Below the pieces are notes generated by a model, which saw nothing but the letters and a program-made list of their open reading frames with translations, was not told the origin of the DNA and did not search any database. 64,000 bases of DNA from Clostridium sp. CAG:288 (GTDB lineage: Bacteria; Bacillota_I; Bacilli_A; RFN20; CAG-288), in the NCBI GenBank assembly GCA_000437395.1, contig FR898180.1, forward strand, positions 3,377-67,376, in the 5' to 3' direction. The translations under genes and the position numbers were made by a program. This document shows, one piece after another, positions 18,439-28,185 of this stretch; position 1 is the stretch's first letter, and each line of letters starts with the position of its first letter.

Positions 18439-18930
18439 TTAACTTTTAAAGTGTAAAGAAACTGGCAAGCCTTTATTTGTATCATTCATTACTACTTTTA
18501 TTATATTTACTGCTTTAAGATTATCTGGTTCATTTTCATAAACAATAACGTTGATATTATCTACATTAATTTTTACGTATGCTAAAGGATACCCATATTC
18601 AGCTAATGTCGTCTCTGTTTTACATTCTAAATCATAGTTATTTTTAATATATGATATCTCGTTTAAAATTTCTTCTTTTTCAGCATTTGAACTTGCTTTT
18701 ACAAGTTTTAACTCTAAATCTTCAATGTTTTCACTATAAACATCATTTCTCTCTTTGATCAAAGATTCAAAATAATATGATCTAGCATTAGTAACTTCAG
18801 TGGAATTATTATTGTCTGTTTTACCTACTTCAATAGCATTAGCTCCACCTTTGGGAATCATAATATAGTAAACACTTAATACTAAAGTCAAAGAAAATAC
18901 AGATACAAAAGCAACAGCGTGTTTATTCAT
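18439..18930 (-). CDS. hypothetical exported or membrane-anchored protein
   Basis: Signal/anchor MNKHAVAFVSVFSLTLVLSVYYIMIP; no recognisable domain. Confidence 0.45.
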   Translation of the reverse strand: MNKHAVAFVSVFSLTLVLSVYYIMIPKGGANAIEVGKTDNNNSTEVTNARSYYFESLIKERNDVYSENIEDLELKLVKASSNAEKEEILNEISYIKNNYDLECKTETTLAEYGYPLAYVKINVDNINVIVYENEPDNLKAVNIIKVVMNDTNKGLPVSLHFKS

Positions 18931-19028
18931 CTTTTACTCTCCTTTTCTATCTTACGAGATGATAGAAAAGAATATACATATATTTATAATATTTTTTTGT
19001 CGATAAAAACAGTTTAGATTCATATACT

Positions 19029-19051
19029 AAAAAAAGCCACATTATGTGGCT
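19029..19051 (-). terminator. rho-independent terminator of efp
   Basis: agccac-attat-gtggct hairpin preceded by aaaaaa on the plus strand (the U-tract on the minus transcript). Confidence 0.6.
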
Positions 19052-19065
19052 TTAATTGTATTTTA

Positions 19066-19632
19066 TTAAGCTCTGGAGTCGTATTCGCCTGTGTCAGTTC
19101 TAACGATAATATCTGTATCGTTTTTAACAAACATAGGGACTTTAACTGTATAACCAGTTTCAAGCTTAGCGTCTTTCATTGCTTTATTGATTGTATCGCC
19201 TTTAACTGCGTCATCAGTAGCAACAACTCTTAATGTAACTTTAACTGGAAGTTCAACACCTATGATTTCACCTTCATAGTAAGTGATTGTAGCAATTGAA
19301 CCTTCCTTAAGGAAGTTAAGTTCCCATTGAAGTCTTGACTTTGGAATTGAAACTTGATCGTATGTATCATTATCCATGAAGACAATTGAATCACCATCAT
19401 CATAAAGATAAGCCATAGCTTTCTTATCTAAGTAGATGAGAGCAACTTTGTCATCACCATTGAATGTGATATCACTAATTGTTCCTGTTCTTAAGTTCTT
19501 GCATTTGATTTTAACGATCATTTGTCTCATAGCTGTCTTATTATGAGCAATATCAAGAACTGTGTAAAGTTGACCTTCGACTGTGAAATTACGACCTGGT
19601 CCGAGGTCGCCGATTTTAACGATTTCTGCCAT
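19066..19632 (-). CDS. efp: translation elongation factor P
   Basis: MAEIVKIGDLGPGRNFTVEGQLYTVLD is a typical EF-P N-terminus. The start was moved to the internal ATG, because the listed upstream ATG overlaps its AAGGAG RBS. Confidence 0.9.
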   Translation of the reverse strand: MAEIVKIGDLGPGRNFTVEGQLYTVLDIAHNKTAMRQMIVKIKCKNLRTGTISDITFNGDDKVALIYLDKKAMAYLYDDGDSIVFMDNDTYDQVSIPKSRLQWELNFLKEGSIATITYYEGEIIGVELPVKVTLRVVATDDAVKGDTINKAMKDAKLETGYTVKVPMFVKNDTDIIVRTDTGEYDSRA

Positions 19633-19658
19633 TTTTAAATAAACTCCTTTTTTCAACT

Positions 19659-20054
19659 TTAAAATTTTATCATATCAAAATAACAAAGTGAATAACCAAA
19701 AATAAAATCTGTTAAAATCTCTGAACAAAATAAGCTCATAATTGTCGAAATATCTTTTAATTTATCTCCAAAGCCACAAAATGTAGTAATTGAAATTGAT
19801 ATAACTTGAATTACAAGAGCAAAAATAACAATAAAGACACGTTTGTTTTTTATTTCTTTAACTTTCTTTTCAAAAAAAGTTAAGGCAAAATAAAATATAA
19901 TTGTGGCAGGAATAATTATTAAATATGAAAAGTATGGATTTAAAATAACTTTATGATACGAAAAATTAGAAAAATTCAAAGCATATAACGCTTCAATTAA
20001 ACCTATTTTTAATAATCCCGCTAATATAGAGACACTTATTCGTTCTTTAACCAT
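19659..20054 (-). CDS. hypothetical polytopic membrane protein (4 TM)
   Basis: 131 aa and hydrophobic. The GFGDKLKD segment is reminiscent of, but not convincingly, an A24 prepilin-peptidase motif. Confidence 0.35.
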   Translation of the reverse strand: MVKERISVSILAGLLKIGLIEALYALNFSNFSYHKVILNPYFSYLIIIPATIIFYFALTFFEKKVKEIKNKRVFIVIFALVIQVISISITTFCGFGDKLKDISTIMSLFCSEILTDFIFGYSLCYFDMIKF

Positions 20055-20088
20055 AATATAAATATGGTTTATTTATAAAAATTTATAC

Positions 20089-20113
20089 AAAAAAACAAAG
20101 CTTTGCAGCTTTG
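20089..20113 (-). terminator. rho-independent terminator of rpmG
   Basis: caaagct-ttgc-agctttg hairpin with an A-run on the plus strand. Confidence 0.6.
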
Positions 20114-20120
20114 TAATTTC

Positions 20121-20276
20121 TTACTTCTTTTCAACGTGTAATGTTGATTTTTTGCAGTGAGGGCAATATTTCTTCACTTCGAGTCTCTCTGGATGAGTTC
20201 TCTTATTCTTAGTGGCAATATAGTTTTCGTTTTTGCATTCGCTGCAGCGAAGAGTGAGACCAGCTCTTTTTTCCAT
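20121..20276 (-). CDS. rpmG: 50S ribosomal protein L33
   Basis: [51 protein letters not shown] carries a C4 zinc ribbon. Start placed at the internal ATG with GGAGGTG upstream. Confidence 0.8.
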   Translation of the reverse strand: MEKRAGLTLRCSECKNENYIATKNKRTHPERLEVKKYCPHCKKSTLHVEKK

Positions 20277-20463
20277 AAATACACCTCCGGACGCATGGTA
20301 TTGTAACATAATATTGATATAAACGCTAGAAAAATTTTTAACTATATCGATTTCTTTTACCCGTTATATAAATAAATACCGCCTTTTTAAACATAATGAA
20401 TAAGTATAAATAAATTATATCAGCGGAATGTAAACGCTTTCTTAAAACTTATTAAATATTTTG

Positions 20464-20491
20464 TTGACATTTAAATAATGAGTATTATAAT
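20464..20491 (+). promoter_or_regulatory. sigma-A-type promoter upstream of the marR/ABC exporter operon
   Basis: TTGACA at 20464-20469, a 16-nt spacer, then TATAAT at 20486-20491. Confidence 0.4.
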
Positions 20492-20523
20492 TAGTTCGGT
20501 TACGAAGTATTTGGAGGTGAATT

Positions 20524-20934
20524 ATGGATAGAACGATCGATAAATTTCAATATATAGTATACGAAGTAAGACGTCGATTAGAAGCTTTAGGTCGAGACGA
20601 AAAAATAACCGGGCCTAAAAGAGGCATCATTCAAAAAATCGGTGATTCCAAAGAACCAATTTTAGAAAAAGATGTTAGCACTTGCTTCAATTTAAGAAAA
20701 TCAAGTGTTTCAGAATTAATTTCATCGTTAGAAAACGATGGCTTTATTGAGAGAGTGAGAAGCGAAAATGATGCTAGATGCAAACATTTAGTCCTAACAA
20801 ATAAAGGCTTAGAAGCATATAAAGATGGACTAAACCATTTAAATGAAGTACAAAACGATGTTGTTCAAACACTTACTGAGGAAGAACAAATCGAACTTAA
20901 CTCATTGCTTGATAAAATTATAATTAGTCTATAG
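20524..20934 (+). CDS. MarR-family transcriptional regulator
   Basis: Winged-helix region LRKSSVSELISSLENDGFIERVRSENDARCKHLVLTNKG. It sits directly upstream of two ABC exporter genes. Confidence 0.75.
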   Translation: MDRTIDKFQYIVYEVRRRLEALGRDEKITGPKRGIIQKIGDSKEPILEKDVSTCFNLRKSSVSELISSLENDGFIERVRSENDARCKHLVLTNKGLEAYKDGLNHLNEVQNDVVQTLTEEEQIELNSLLDKIIISL

Positions 20935-20943
20935 GAGGTAAAT

Positions 20944-22767
20944 ATGAAAAAAGTTAAATCAAAAAACGAACCAAGTTTATTCAAAGTATTTAGATACTTA
21001 TTCCATAGCGTTCGTGAATTTAAATTATCAGCCATATTAACTGTAATTTTTATTGCTGGTGAATCTATCTTGGAATGTATTATTCCGTTTGTTATGTCAA
21101 AACTATTAGACGTTATGTCAAAGACAGACTCAAATGTAGTTATGCAAGAAGTTATCATATTCGCATCAATTCTTATTGTATTAGCATGTTTATCTCTTAC
21201 ATGTGGTATTTTAGCTGGAAAATTTGCTGCTACAGCTTCATCAGGATTTGCTAAAAACTTAAGACAAGATTTATTCTATAAATTGCAAACTTATTCATTT
21301 GAAAACATAGATAAATTCCAAGTCTCAAGTTTAGTCACAAGACAAACAACAGATGTTAGTAACGTCCAAATGGCTTATATGATGCTTATTAGAACTGCTA
21401 TTAGAAGTCCATTAATGTTAATTTTCTCTATTGTAATGTCTATTATTCAATGTCCAAAAATTAGCTGGATATTCTGCATAACTATTCCAGTATTAACTGC
21501 TGGTTTAATTGTTATTATTTCTAACGCTTCACCGCTTTTCCAAAAAGTATTCAAAAAATACGATAAACTTAACGAATCTATTGAAGAAAACGTTAGAGGT
21601 ATGAGAGTTGTTAAGACTTATACAAGAGAAGAATTTGAAAAAGATAAGTTTAAAACTGCTGCTTGGGATATGCAAAAAGGATTTATAAAGGCTGAAAGAG
21701 TCGTTACATTAAATAACCCTTTAATGCAATTCTCAATGTATTTATCAATGCTCTTATTCTTATTTGTCGGTTCAACTCTTATATTAGACACAGCTATAAC
21801 GGTTCGTAATCCTGAAGGAATACTCGAAATTAAATATATTGATTTATCTGTCGGACAATTATCGTCATTAATTACTTACTCTGCTCAAGTTTTAAGTTCA
21901 TTAATGATGTTATCTATGGTCTTAGTTATGATTACAATGTCAACTGCTAGTGCCAAACGTATTTACGAAGTGCTAGTTGAAAATCCAACATTAGACATGG
22001 CATCTAAACCTTTAACTGAAATTAAAAACGGAGATATCGATTTTAACAATGTTTCCTTTAAATATGATAAGAAAGCAGAAAAATACTCTTTAAATAATGT
22101 TAACTTACACATTAAAAGTGGCCAAACTATCGGTATTATAGGCGGAACAGGTTCAGCTAAATCAACTCTTGTTAATTTAATATCAAGATTCTACGATACT
22201 ACTGAAGGAGAAGTTTTAGTTGCTGGTCAAAACGTCAAAAACTATGACATTCACGCTTTAAGAAATAGCATCGGAATGGTATTACAAAAGAACGTTTTAT
22301 TTAGCGGAACAATTAAAAGTAACCTTTTATGGGGTAATAAAGAAGCAACAGATGAAGAAATTAAAAAAGCTGCTCACATTGCTCAGGCCGATTCATTTAT
22401 TGATACTTTCCCTGATGGTTATAATTCGAGAATCGAACAAGGTGGTTCTAACGTTTCAGGCGGTCAAAAACAAAGATTATGTATTGCAAGAGCTTTGTTG
22501 AAAAAACCAAAGATTTTAATATTTGACGATTCGACAAGTGCTGTCGATACTAAGACAGATGCTTTTATTAGAAAAGGTTTAAAAGAAAGCTTACCAGACA
22601 CAACAAAGATTATTATTGCTCAACGTGTTTCATCAGTCGAAGACGCTGATTTCATTATTGTTATGGACGATGGTCATATAGATGCAATTGGCACACATGA
22701 TGAATTAGTTAAATCAAACGAAATTTATAAAGAAGTTTACACGCTTCAAACTAAGAAAGGAGAATAG
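20944..22767 (+). CDS. ABC exporter subunit (TMD-NBD half-transporter) with a degenerate ATP site
   Basis: Walker A is GGTGSAKST, with Ala where the Gly before Lys should be. Walker B is ILIFDDST, so the catalytic Glu is replaced by Asp. Signature VSGGQ and H-loop are intact. Confidence 0.85.
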   Translation: MKKVKSKNEPSLFKVFRYLFHSVREFKLSAILTVIFIAGESILECIIPFVMSKLLDVMSKTDSNVVMQEVIIFASILIVLACLSLTCGILAGKFAATASSGFAKNLRQDLFYKLQTYSFENIDKFQVSSLVTRQTTDVSNVQMAYMMLIRTAIRSPLMLIFSIVMSIIQCPKISWIFCITIPVLTAGLIVIISNASPLFQKVFKKYDKLNESIEENVRGMRVVKTYTREEFEKDKFKTAAWDMQKGFIKAERVVTLNNPLMQFSMYLSMLLFLFVGSTLILDTAITVRNPEGILEIKYIDLSVGQLSSLITYSAQVLSSLMMLSMVLVMITMSTASAKRIYEVLVENPTLDMASKPLTEIKNGDIDFNNVSFKYDKKAEKYSLNNVNLHIKSGQTIGIIGGTGSAKSTLVNLISRFYDTTEGEVLVAGQNVKNYDIHALRNSIGMVLQKNVLFSGTIKSNLLWGNKEATDEEIKKAAHIAQADSFIDTFPDGYNSRIEQGGSNVSGGQKQRLCIARALLKKPKILIFDDSTSAVDTKTDAFIRKGLKESLPDTTKIIIAQRVSSVEDADFIIVMDDGHIDAIGTHDELVKSNEIYKEVYTLQTKKGE

Positions 22768-22770
22768 TTT

Positions 22771-24684
22771 ATGGCTAAACAAAAGTTTAATAAAAATTCA
22801 CTTTCTCTATTGTTAATCGTTTTAAAAGATTATCTTAAAAAACACAAAGTTGGTTTTATCTTTGCCTTTATTTGTATATTACTAAATTCAGTTGGAACAA
22901 TTATGGCTCCATTGATGCTCAAAGATATAACTAACATTATTACAGAAAACGCTGGATTAGGTGCTGAAAAAATCGCTGCCGCAAAATCAGCTATCGGTCA
23001 AGATCTTATCGTTCTTATTTGTTCTTATGTCATCGCATTAATAGGTGGATTTACTTATGGTCAAATCATGGCTGTTACCGGTCAAACATACATGTTCGAA
23101 TTAAGATGTAAAGTCTTTACTCACATGCAAGATTTACCTATAAAATATTTCGATACCCACGATAAAGGTGACATAATGTCTGTCTATACAAACGATATCG
23201 ATACAATTAGACAGTTTATTATTCAATCTCTTCCTTCTCTACTCATATGTTTCTTCCAATTCATATCTATAGTAGTGATTATGATTACTTCAAGCTTATA
23301 TTTATTCTTAATCGTAATATGTGGTGCTATAGTAATGGTTTTCTCTGCTAAACATATCGGAGGAACATCTAGTAAAAACTTCATTCAAATGCAAAAGAAT
23401 ATCGGTACACATGAAGGATATATCGAAGAAATGATGAATGGTTTAAAGGTCGTTAAATCTTTCTGTCACGAAGAAGAATCGAAAAAAGACTTCGATAAAA
23501 TTAATAATAGCCTTTGTGCTGTATCTACTAAAGCAAATAGATATGCAAATATCTTAATGCCTGTTATGGGAAATATCGGTAACTTCTTATATGTCTTAGT
23601 TGCATTAATTGGTACTATTCTCTACGTTACAAATACACCTAACTTAACTTTGACTGGATTAAATCAAATCCAAATCGGTGTTATTGTTTCTTTCTTACCT
23701 ATGGTTAAACAATTTACAAACGCTGTTGCAGAAATGTCTAACCAAATTAACTCCATCGCTATGGCAGTTGGTGGAAGTGCACGTATATACGCAATCATGC
23801 AAGAACCAAAAGAAGTCGATGATGGCTATGTTAAACTTTGTCGAGGTAAAAAAGACGCTGACGGCAATATAGTTGAATGTGATAAAAACGAAGCTACATT
23901 ATGGGCTTGGAAATACCCACATCAAGATGGTCAAATATCATATGTTGAACTTAAAGGCGATGTAAGAATGTTTGACGTCGACTTTGGATATGATCCAAAC
24001 AAAATCGTTTTACACGACGTTTCTCTTTATGCAGAACCAGGACAAAAGGTTGCATTTGTTGGAGCTACAGGTGCTGGTAAAACGACAATTACAAACTTAT
24101 TAAATAGATTCTACGACATTGCTGATGGTAAGATTAGATACGATGGAATCAACATTAACAAGATTTCAAAAAAAGATTTAAGACAATCGTTAGCAATGGT
24201 CTTACAAGACACAAACTTATTTACTGGAACAATATTAGATAACATACGTTATGGACGTTTAGACGCAACAGATGAAGAATGTATTGAAGCAGCTAAACTC
24301 GCAAATGCAGATAGCTTTATCACTCGTCTTCCAAACGGTTATAACACTATGCTTAAATCTGATGGTGCTAACTTATCGCAAGGTCAAAGACAATTACTCT
24401 CAATTGCAAGAGCCGCAGTTAGTGGTGCACCAGCTATGATTCTTGATGAAGCTACTTCATCAATCGATACTCGTACTGAATCATTAGTCACAGCTGCTAT
24501 GGATAATTTAATGAAAGGACGTACAACATTTGTAATTGCCCATAGATTATCAACAATTAGAAATGCAGATGTAATTATGGTTTTAGACCATGGTCGTATT
24601 ATAGAACGTGGTACACACGATCAATTATTAGCTAAAAAAGGCATGTATTATCAACTTTATACTGGTGCCTTTGAACTTGAATAA
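22771..24684 (+). CDS. ABC exporter subunit (TMD-NBD half-transporter), consensus ATP site and non-canonical signature
   Basis: Walker A GATGAGKTT and Walker B MILDEATS are canonical; the signature reads LSQGQ. There is a 45-aa insert between the TMD and NBD (CRGKKDADGNIVECDKNE...). Confidence 0.85.
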   Translation: MAKQKFNKNSLSLLLIVLKDYLKKHKVGFIFAFICILLNSVGTIMAPLMLKDITNIITENAGLGAEKIAAAKSAIGQDLIVLICSYVIALIGGFTYGQIMAVTGQTYMFELRCKVFTHMQDLPIKYFDTHDKGDIMSVYTNDIDTIRQFIIQSLPSLLICFFQFISIVVIMITSSLYLFLIVICGAIVMVFSAKHIGGTSSKNFIQMQKNIGTHEGYIEEMMNGLKVVKSFCHEEESKKDFDKINNSLCAVSTKANRYANILMPVMGNIGNFLYVLVALIGTILYVTNTPNLTLTGLNQIQIGVIVSFLPMVKQFTNAVAEMSNQINSIAMAVGGSARIYAIMQEPKEVDDGYVKLCRGKKDADGNIVECDKNEATLWAWKYPHQDGQISYVELKGDVRMFDVDFGYDPNKIVLHDVSLYAEPGQKVAFVGATGAGKTTITNLLNRFYDIADGKIRYDGININKISKKDLRQSLAMVLQDTNLFTGTILDNIRYGRLDATDEECIEAAKLANADSFITRLPNGYNTMLKSDGANLSQGQRQLLSIARAAVSGAPAMILDEATSSIDTRTESLVTAAMDNLMKGRTTFVIAHRLSTIRNADVIMVLDHGRIIERGTHDQLLAKKGMYYQLYTGAFELE

Positions 24685-24689
24685 TCAAA

Positions 24690-25706
24690 ATGAGTACGCG
24701 CGTAATTAAAGTCGGTAATAAATTGTTGGGTGGAAATAATCCAATTCTCATCCAAACAATGGCTGACATAAAAACAGCAAAAGTCGATGAAGTTGTCAAA
24801 GAAGCTCAAGAATGTGAAAAAATAGGTGCAGATTTAATTAGATTCTCAGTCTTAGATGATGACGATATTGAAGGATTGAAAATAATTAAAAGAAATTTGA
24901 ATATTCCTATTGTAGCTGACATTCACTTTGATTACTTACTAGCTATAAAAGCAATAAATGCTGGAGTAGATAAAATTAGAATTAATCCAGGAAATATTCC
25001 AGATAAATACTTAAAAGAAATAGTTTTTAAAGCCAAAGATAAAAACATACCTATTAGAATTGGGATTAACTCAGGTTCATATCAGATAGGTTCTAATCCT
25101 GATAAGTTCTTAAACGAGCTAGAAAGCTATATCCAATCAATTGAAAGATTTGGATATAACAACTTAGTTCTATCAATTAAATCAAGTAATCCGCAAATTA
25201 CTTATGAATTAAATAAATATGCTAGCTATAGGTTTGATTACCCTCTTCACTTAGGTGTCACGGAAGCCGGTTTTGGTAAGGAAGCAATTATTAAATCAAC
25301 TGTTGCTCTTGCTCCACTTCTTTCAGAAAATATCGGAGATACAATCCGTATTTCTCTTTCAGAATCACCTATAGAAGAAATAAAAGCTTGTAAATACTTA
25401 TTAAAGTCTTTAGGGCTTAAAAATAACGTTCCAACACTTGTCAGTTGCCCTACATGTGGAAGAACAACAGTAAATGTATTTCAACTCGTTAGAAAAGTAG
25501 ATTTACTTCTTACTAATATAAATAAAGATATCAAAGTCGCAGTTATGGGCTGCCCAGTTAATGGTCCAGGTGAAGCTAAAGACGCAGATATCGGCATAGC
25601 AGGAATTGATGGAAACTTCATGGTATTTAAAAAGGGTAAAATTATTTTTAAAGCAGATGAAGATAAAGCCTTTAATTTCTTAAAAGATGAAATTGAAAAA
25701 GCTTAA
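24690..25706 (+). CDS. ispG: 4-hydroxy-3-methylbut-2-enyl diphosphate synthase
   Basis: VGNKLLGGNNPILIQTM...IPIVADIHFDY...CPTCGR belong to the GcpE family. Confidence 0.9.
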   Translation: MSTRVIKVGNKLLGGNNPILIQTMADIKTAKVDEVVKEAQECEKIGADLIRFSVLDDDDIEGLKIIKRNLNIPIVADIHFDYLLAIKAINAGVDKIRINPGNIPDKYLKEIVFKAKDKNIPIRIGINSGSYQIGSNPDKFLNELESYIQSIERFGYNNLVLSIKSSNPQITYELNKYASYRFDYPLHLGVTEAGFGKEAIIKSTVALAPLLSENIGDTIRISLSESPIEEIKACKYLLKSLGLKNNVPTLVSCPTCGRTTVNVFQLVRKVDLLLTNINKDIKVAVMGCPVNGPGEAKDADIGIAGIDGNFMVFKKGKIIFKADEDKAFNFLKDEIEKA

Positions 25707-25735
25707 GGTACAATTTAGTATCTTAAGCTTTTTTA
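25696..25735 (+). terminator. rho-independent terminator of ispG (hairpin overlaps the stop codon)
   Basis: aaaaagcttaag ... cttaagctttttt inverted repeat. Confidence 0.55.
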
Positions 25736-25792
25736 GGCTAAAATAATGATTATTTTTTTATTGTGTTTCATATCTTATTTATGGTGATAAAA

Positions 25793-26035
25793 ATGGCAAA
25801 TCCAATGGTTAATATGTATATATCAACTCTCACACCAGACTCAGCTATTAAATTAGCTAAGAAATATGGTGTAGATTTGACATATGATGAAGCAAGTAAA
25901 ATAGTTCCTTTTCTAAAAAGAAATAAGAACAACTTAAATAAAGAAAATAAAAACCGCCTTCTTAATGAAGGACGGAATTTAGTTAAGCCACAAACTTATA
26001 GCAAGATTGTAACTTTAATCGATAGATTTATTTAG
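25793..26035 (+). CDS. small hypothetical protein, positional equivalent of B. subtilis YqfT
   Basis: About 80 aa. Sits between ispG and nfo as yqfT does. GGTGA lies 5 nt upstream of the ATG at 25793. Confidence 0.35.
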   Translation: MANPMVNMYISTLTPDSAIKLAKKYGVDLTYDEASKIVPFLKRNKNNLNKENKNRLLNEGRNLVKPQTYSKIVTLIDRFI

Positions 26036-26873
26036 TTAAAAGTTCGATTTCATCCTTATACGGAGCTTTACCATCAATATAAGGAGTTTCTAATATCTTA
26101 GGAATACTTTCAAACTTATCGTTGTACAAAATCTTTTTTAAAGATTCAAAGCCAATATATCCTTTACCTATGTTTGCGTGTCTATCTTTATGAGCACCAA
26201 TAGGGTTTAAAGAATCATTTAAGTGAATACATTTAACAAGATTTATATCAAACTTTGTTTGAAGCAAATTAATAAATGAATCAAAGTCACTCATATCATA
26301 GCCTGCATCTGATAAATGACATGTATCTAAACATACACCAATGTTAGGGCTAGATATTAAGTCTAATAAAGATTTAATTTCATCAAGTGAACGACCAATT
26401 TCAGTTCCTTTTCCTGCCATAGTTTCTAATGCGATAGTGACATTTGGATGCTTTGGTAAAATTTCATTTAAGCAATCTGTAACATTTTTAGCTGCTGTTT
26501 CAAATGATTGACCGACAGCAGAACCAGGGTGCAATACCATAACTTTCAAATTCAAATATTCAGCTCTAGACATTTCTTCATCGAGAAAATCTTTGGCAAA
26601 TGTTCTTTTATTGTCATCTGGTGATGCTAAATTACAAATATATGGCGCATGAACTATAATATTCTCTAAAGGTATATTTGCACTCTCTAACAATTTATAT
26701 GCTTCTATGGCCTTATAATCGATATTTTTAGGCCTAATAGTAGTTTGGGGAGAGCCTAAATATATCATCATAGCATTTGCACTATAACTTAAAGTATCTT
26801 TAACACTACCAAGCATATAATCAGGGCCAGAAAACGATACATGAGAGCCTAATATCGGTCTATTTGTTTTCAT
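26028..26873 (-). CDS. nfo: endonuclease IV (AP endonuclease)
   Basis: HAPYICNLASPD, HPGSAVG and CLDTCHLSDAGYD are metal-binding motifs of the Nfo family. Confidence 0.9.
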   Translation of the reverse strand: MKTNRPILGSHVSFSGPDYMLGSVKDTLSYSANAMMIYLGSPQTTIRPKNIDYKAIEAYKLLESANIPLENIIVHAPYICNLASPDDNKRTFAKDFLDEEMSRAEYLNLKVMVLHPGSAVGQSFETAAKNVTDCLNEILPKHPNVTIALETMAGKGTEIGRSLDEIKSLLDLISSPNIGVCLDTCHLSDAGYDMSDFDSFINLLQTKFDINLVKCIHLNDSLNPIGAHKDRHANIGKGYIGFESLKKILYNDKFESIPKILETPYIDGKAPYKDEIELLTK

Positions 26874-28185
26874 TTTCTTTTTGTTTCTTTCTTACGTTAG
26901 TTTTGATTATTTGTTCTTTGTGACGTCTTTTAACATCATCGATAGCCCATTTAACTTTCTTTTTATAACAAGGTTTTACTTTTTTAGAGCGATTCTTAGC
27001 AATTGCTCTTTTTATTTCTTTTTCAAGATAAACGTTATTAATCTTTTGTTTTTTCGGAGCAACATTTAAATCTCTATCAGCTTTGAGCTCATCAGTTCTA
27101 AGAGTAGCGTACTTAAATGTAATTTTGCTCTTTTTCATTAATTCACGGGCTTTTCCTGGTTCATTTGCTGTGTAGAATATATAGCTATGACCAGAATTAC
27201 CAAATCTACCAGTACGTCCTGCACGATGATAATAATAAGCTAAGTCTTTTGGTAAATCGAGTGAAATTACATCGCTAACTTCACTGACGTCTAAACCTCT
27301 AGCGGCAATATCTGATGCTAACAATAATGTTGTTCGGTCATCTTTAAAGTCTTTAAGTGCTTTCTTTTGTTCACGTTTTGGTAAGTCACCATGAATATAT
27401 GAGTGTTTTATTTTTTTACTTGACAAATATTCCTCAACATCAGCAAGGTCTTTTTTATTTGAAACAAAGGCAATAGCTTTGTAGGGTTTGACAACATCTA
27501 AGAATAAGCATAAAGCCTCAGCTTTACTCAAATGTCTTATATCGACAAATGTATGAGTAACTTCACTAGCAGTAACAGATCCTTCTGTTAAATCTATTGA
27601 AGTAGCTGTTCCCATGTAGTGTCTAACTAATGTGTTTAAGTGTTCATCAACTGAAGCTGTAAATAAAGCCTTAGTAGCTTTTAAAGGTAAGCTCATAATT
27701 TGATTTAATTGCTCTTCAAAGCCACCAAATATAAGCATATCACCTTCATCGAATATTAAATATTCTACTTCTCTAAGATTCATTTCATGCATGCTCTTTA
27801 AGAAGAGATTTGGTGTTGCAATTATTATTGAGCTTGTCTTGTTTGATTTGACAAGATCATTTCCATCTTTGATTACGCTATATGTAAAATTAGGATATAC
27901 TTGTCTAATATTTTTTAAAACTTCACCAGCTTGATTTGCTAAAACCTTAGTTGGAACAATAACGACAGCCTTGGTATCGTTTAATCCTTTTATTGATTGA
28001 ATAATTGGAACTAAATAAGCAAGAGTTTTACCAGAGCCAGTTGGAGCTTTAAAAACACCTTCTTTATGTTTTAAAAGCAATGGAATTGTTTTTTCTTGAA
28101 TTGGTGATAATTCAACAAAGCCTATTGATGCTAATGCATCAACAAGCTCTTTATCTAATGTTGTGAATTGATTAAATTTACTCAT
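26860..28185 (-). CDS. cshB: DEAD-box ATP-dependent RNA helicase (CshB/YqfR-like)
   Basis: Q-motif, AxTGSGKT (FKAPTGSGKT), DEGD (a DEAD variant), SAT-like TAS, HRAGRTGR. Its position upstream of nfo matches B. subtilis yqfR-yqfS. Start moved to the ATG with AGGGAG upstream. Confidence 0.8.
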   Translation of the reverse strand: MSKFNQFTTLDKELVDALASIGFVELSPIQEKTIPLLLKHKEGVFKAPTGSGKTLAYLVPIIQSIKGLNDTKAVVIVPTKVLANQAGEVLKNIRQVYPNFTYSVIKDGNDLVKSNKTSSIIIATPNLFLKSMHEMNLREVEYLIFDEGDMLIFGGFEEQLNQIMSLPLKATKALFTASVDEHLNTLVRHYMGTATSIDLTEGSVTASEVTHTFVDIRHLSKAEALCLFLDVVKPYKAIAFVSNKKDLADVEEYLSSKKIKHSYIHGDLPKREQKKALKDFKDDRTTLLLASDIAARGLDVSEVSDVISLDLPKDLAYYYHRAGRTGRFGNSGHSYIFYTANEPGKARELMKKSKITFKYATLRTDELKADRDLNVAPKKQKINNVYLEKEIKRAIAKNRSKKVKPCYKKKVKWAIDDVKRRHKEQIIKTNVRKKQKENENK

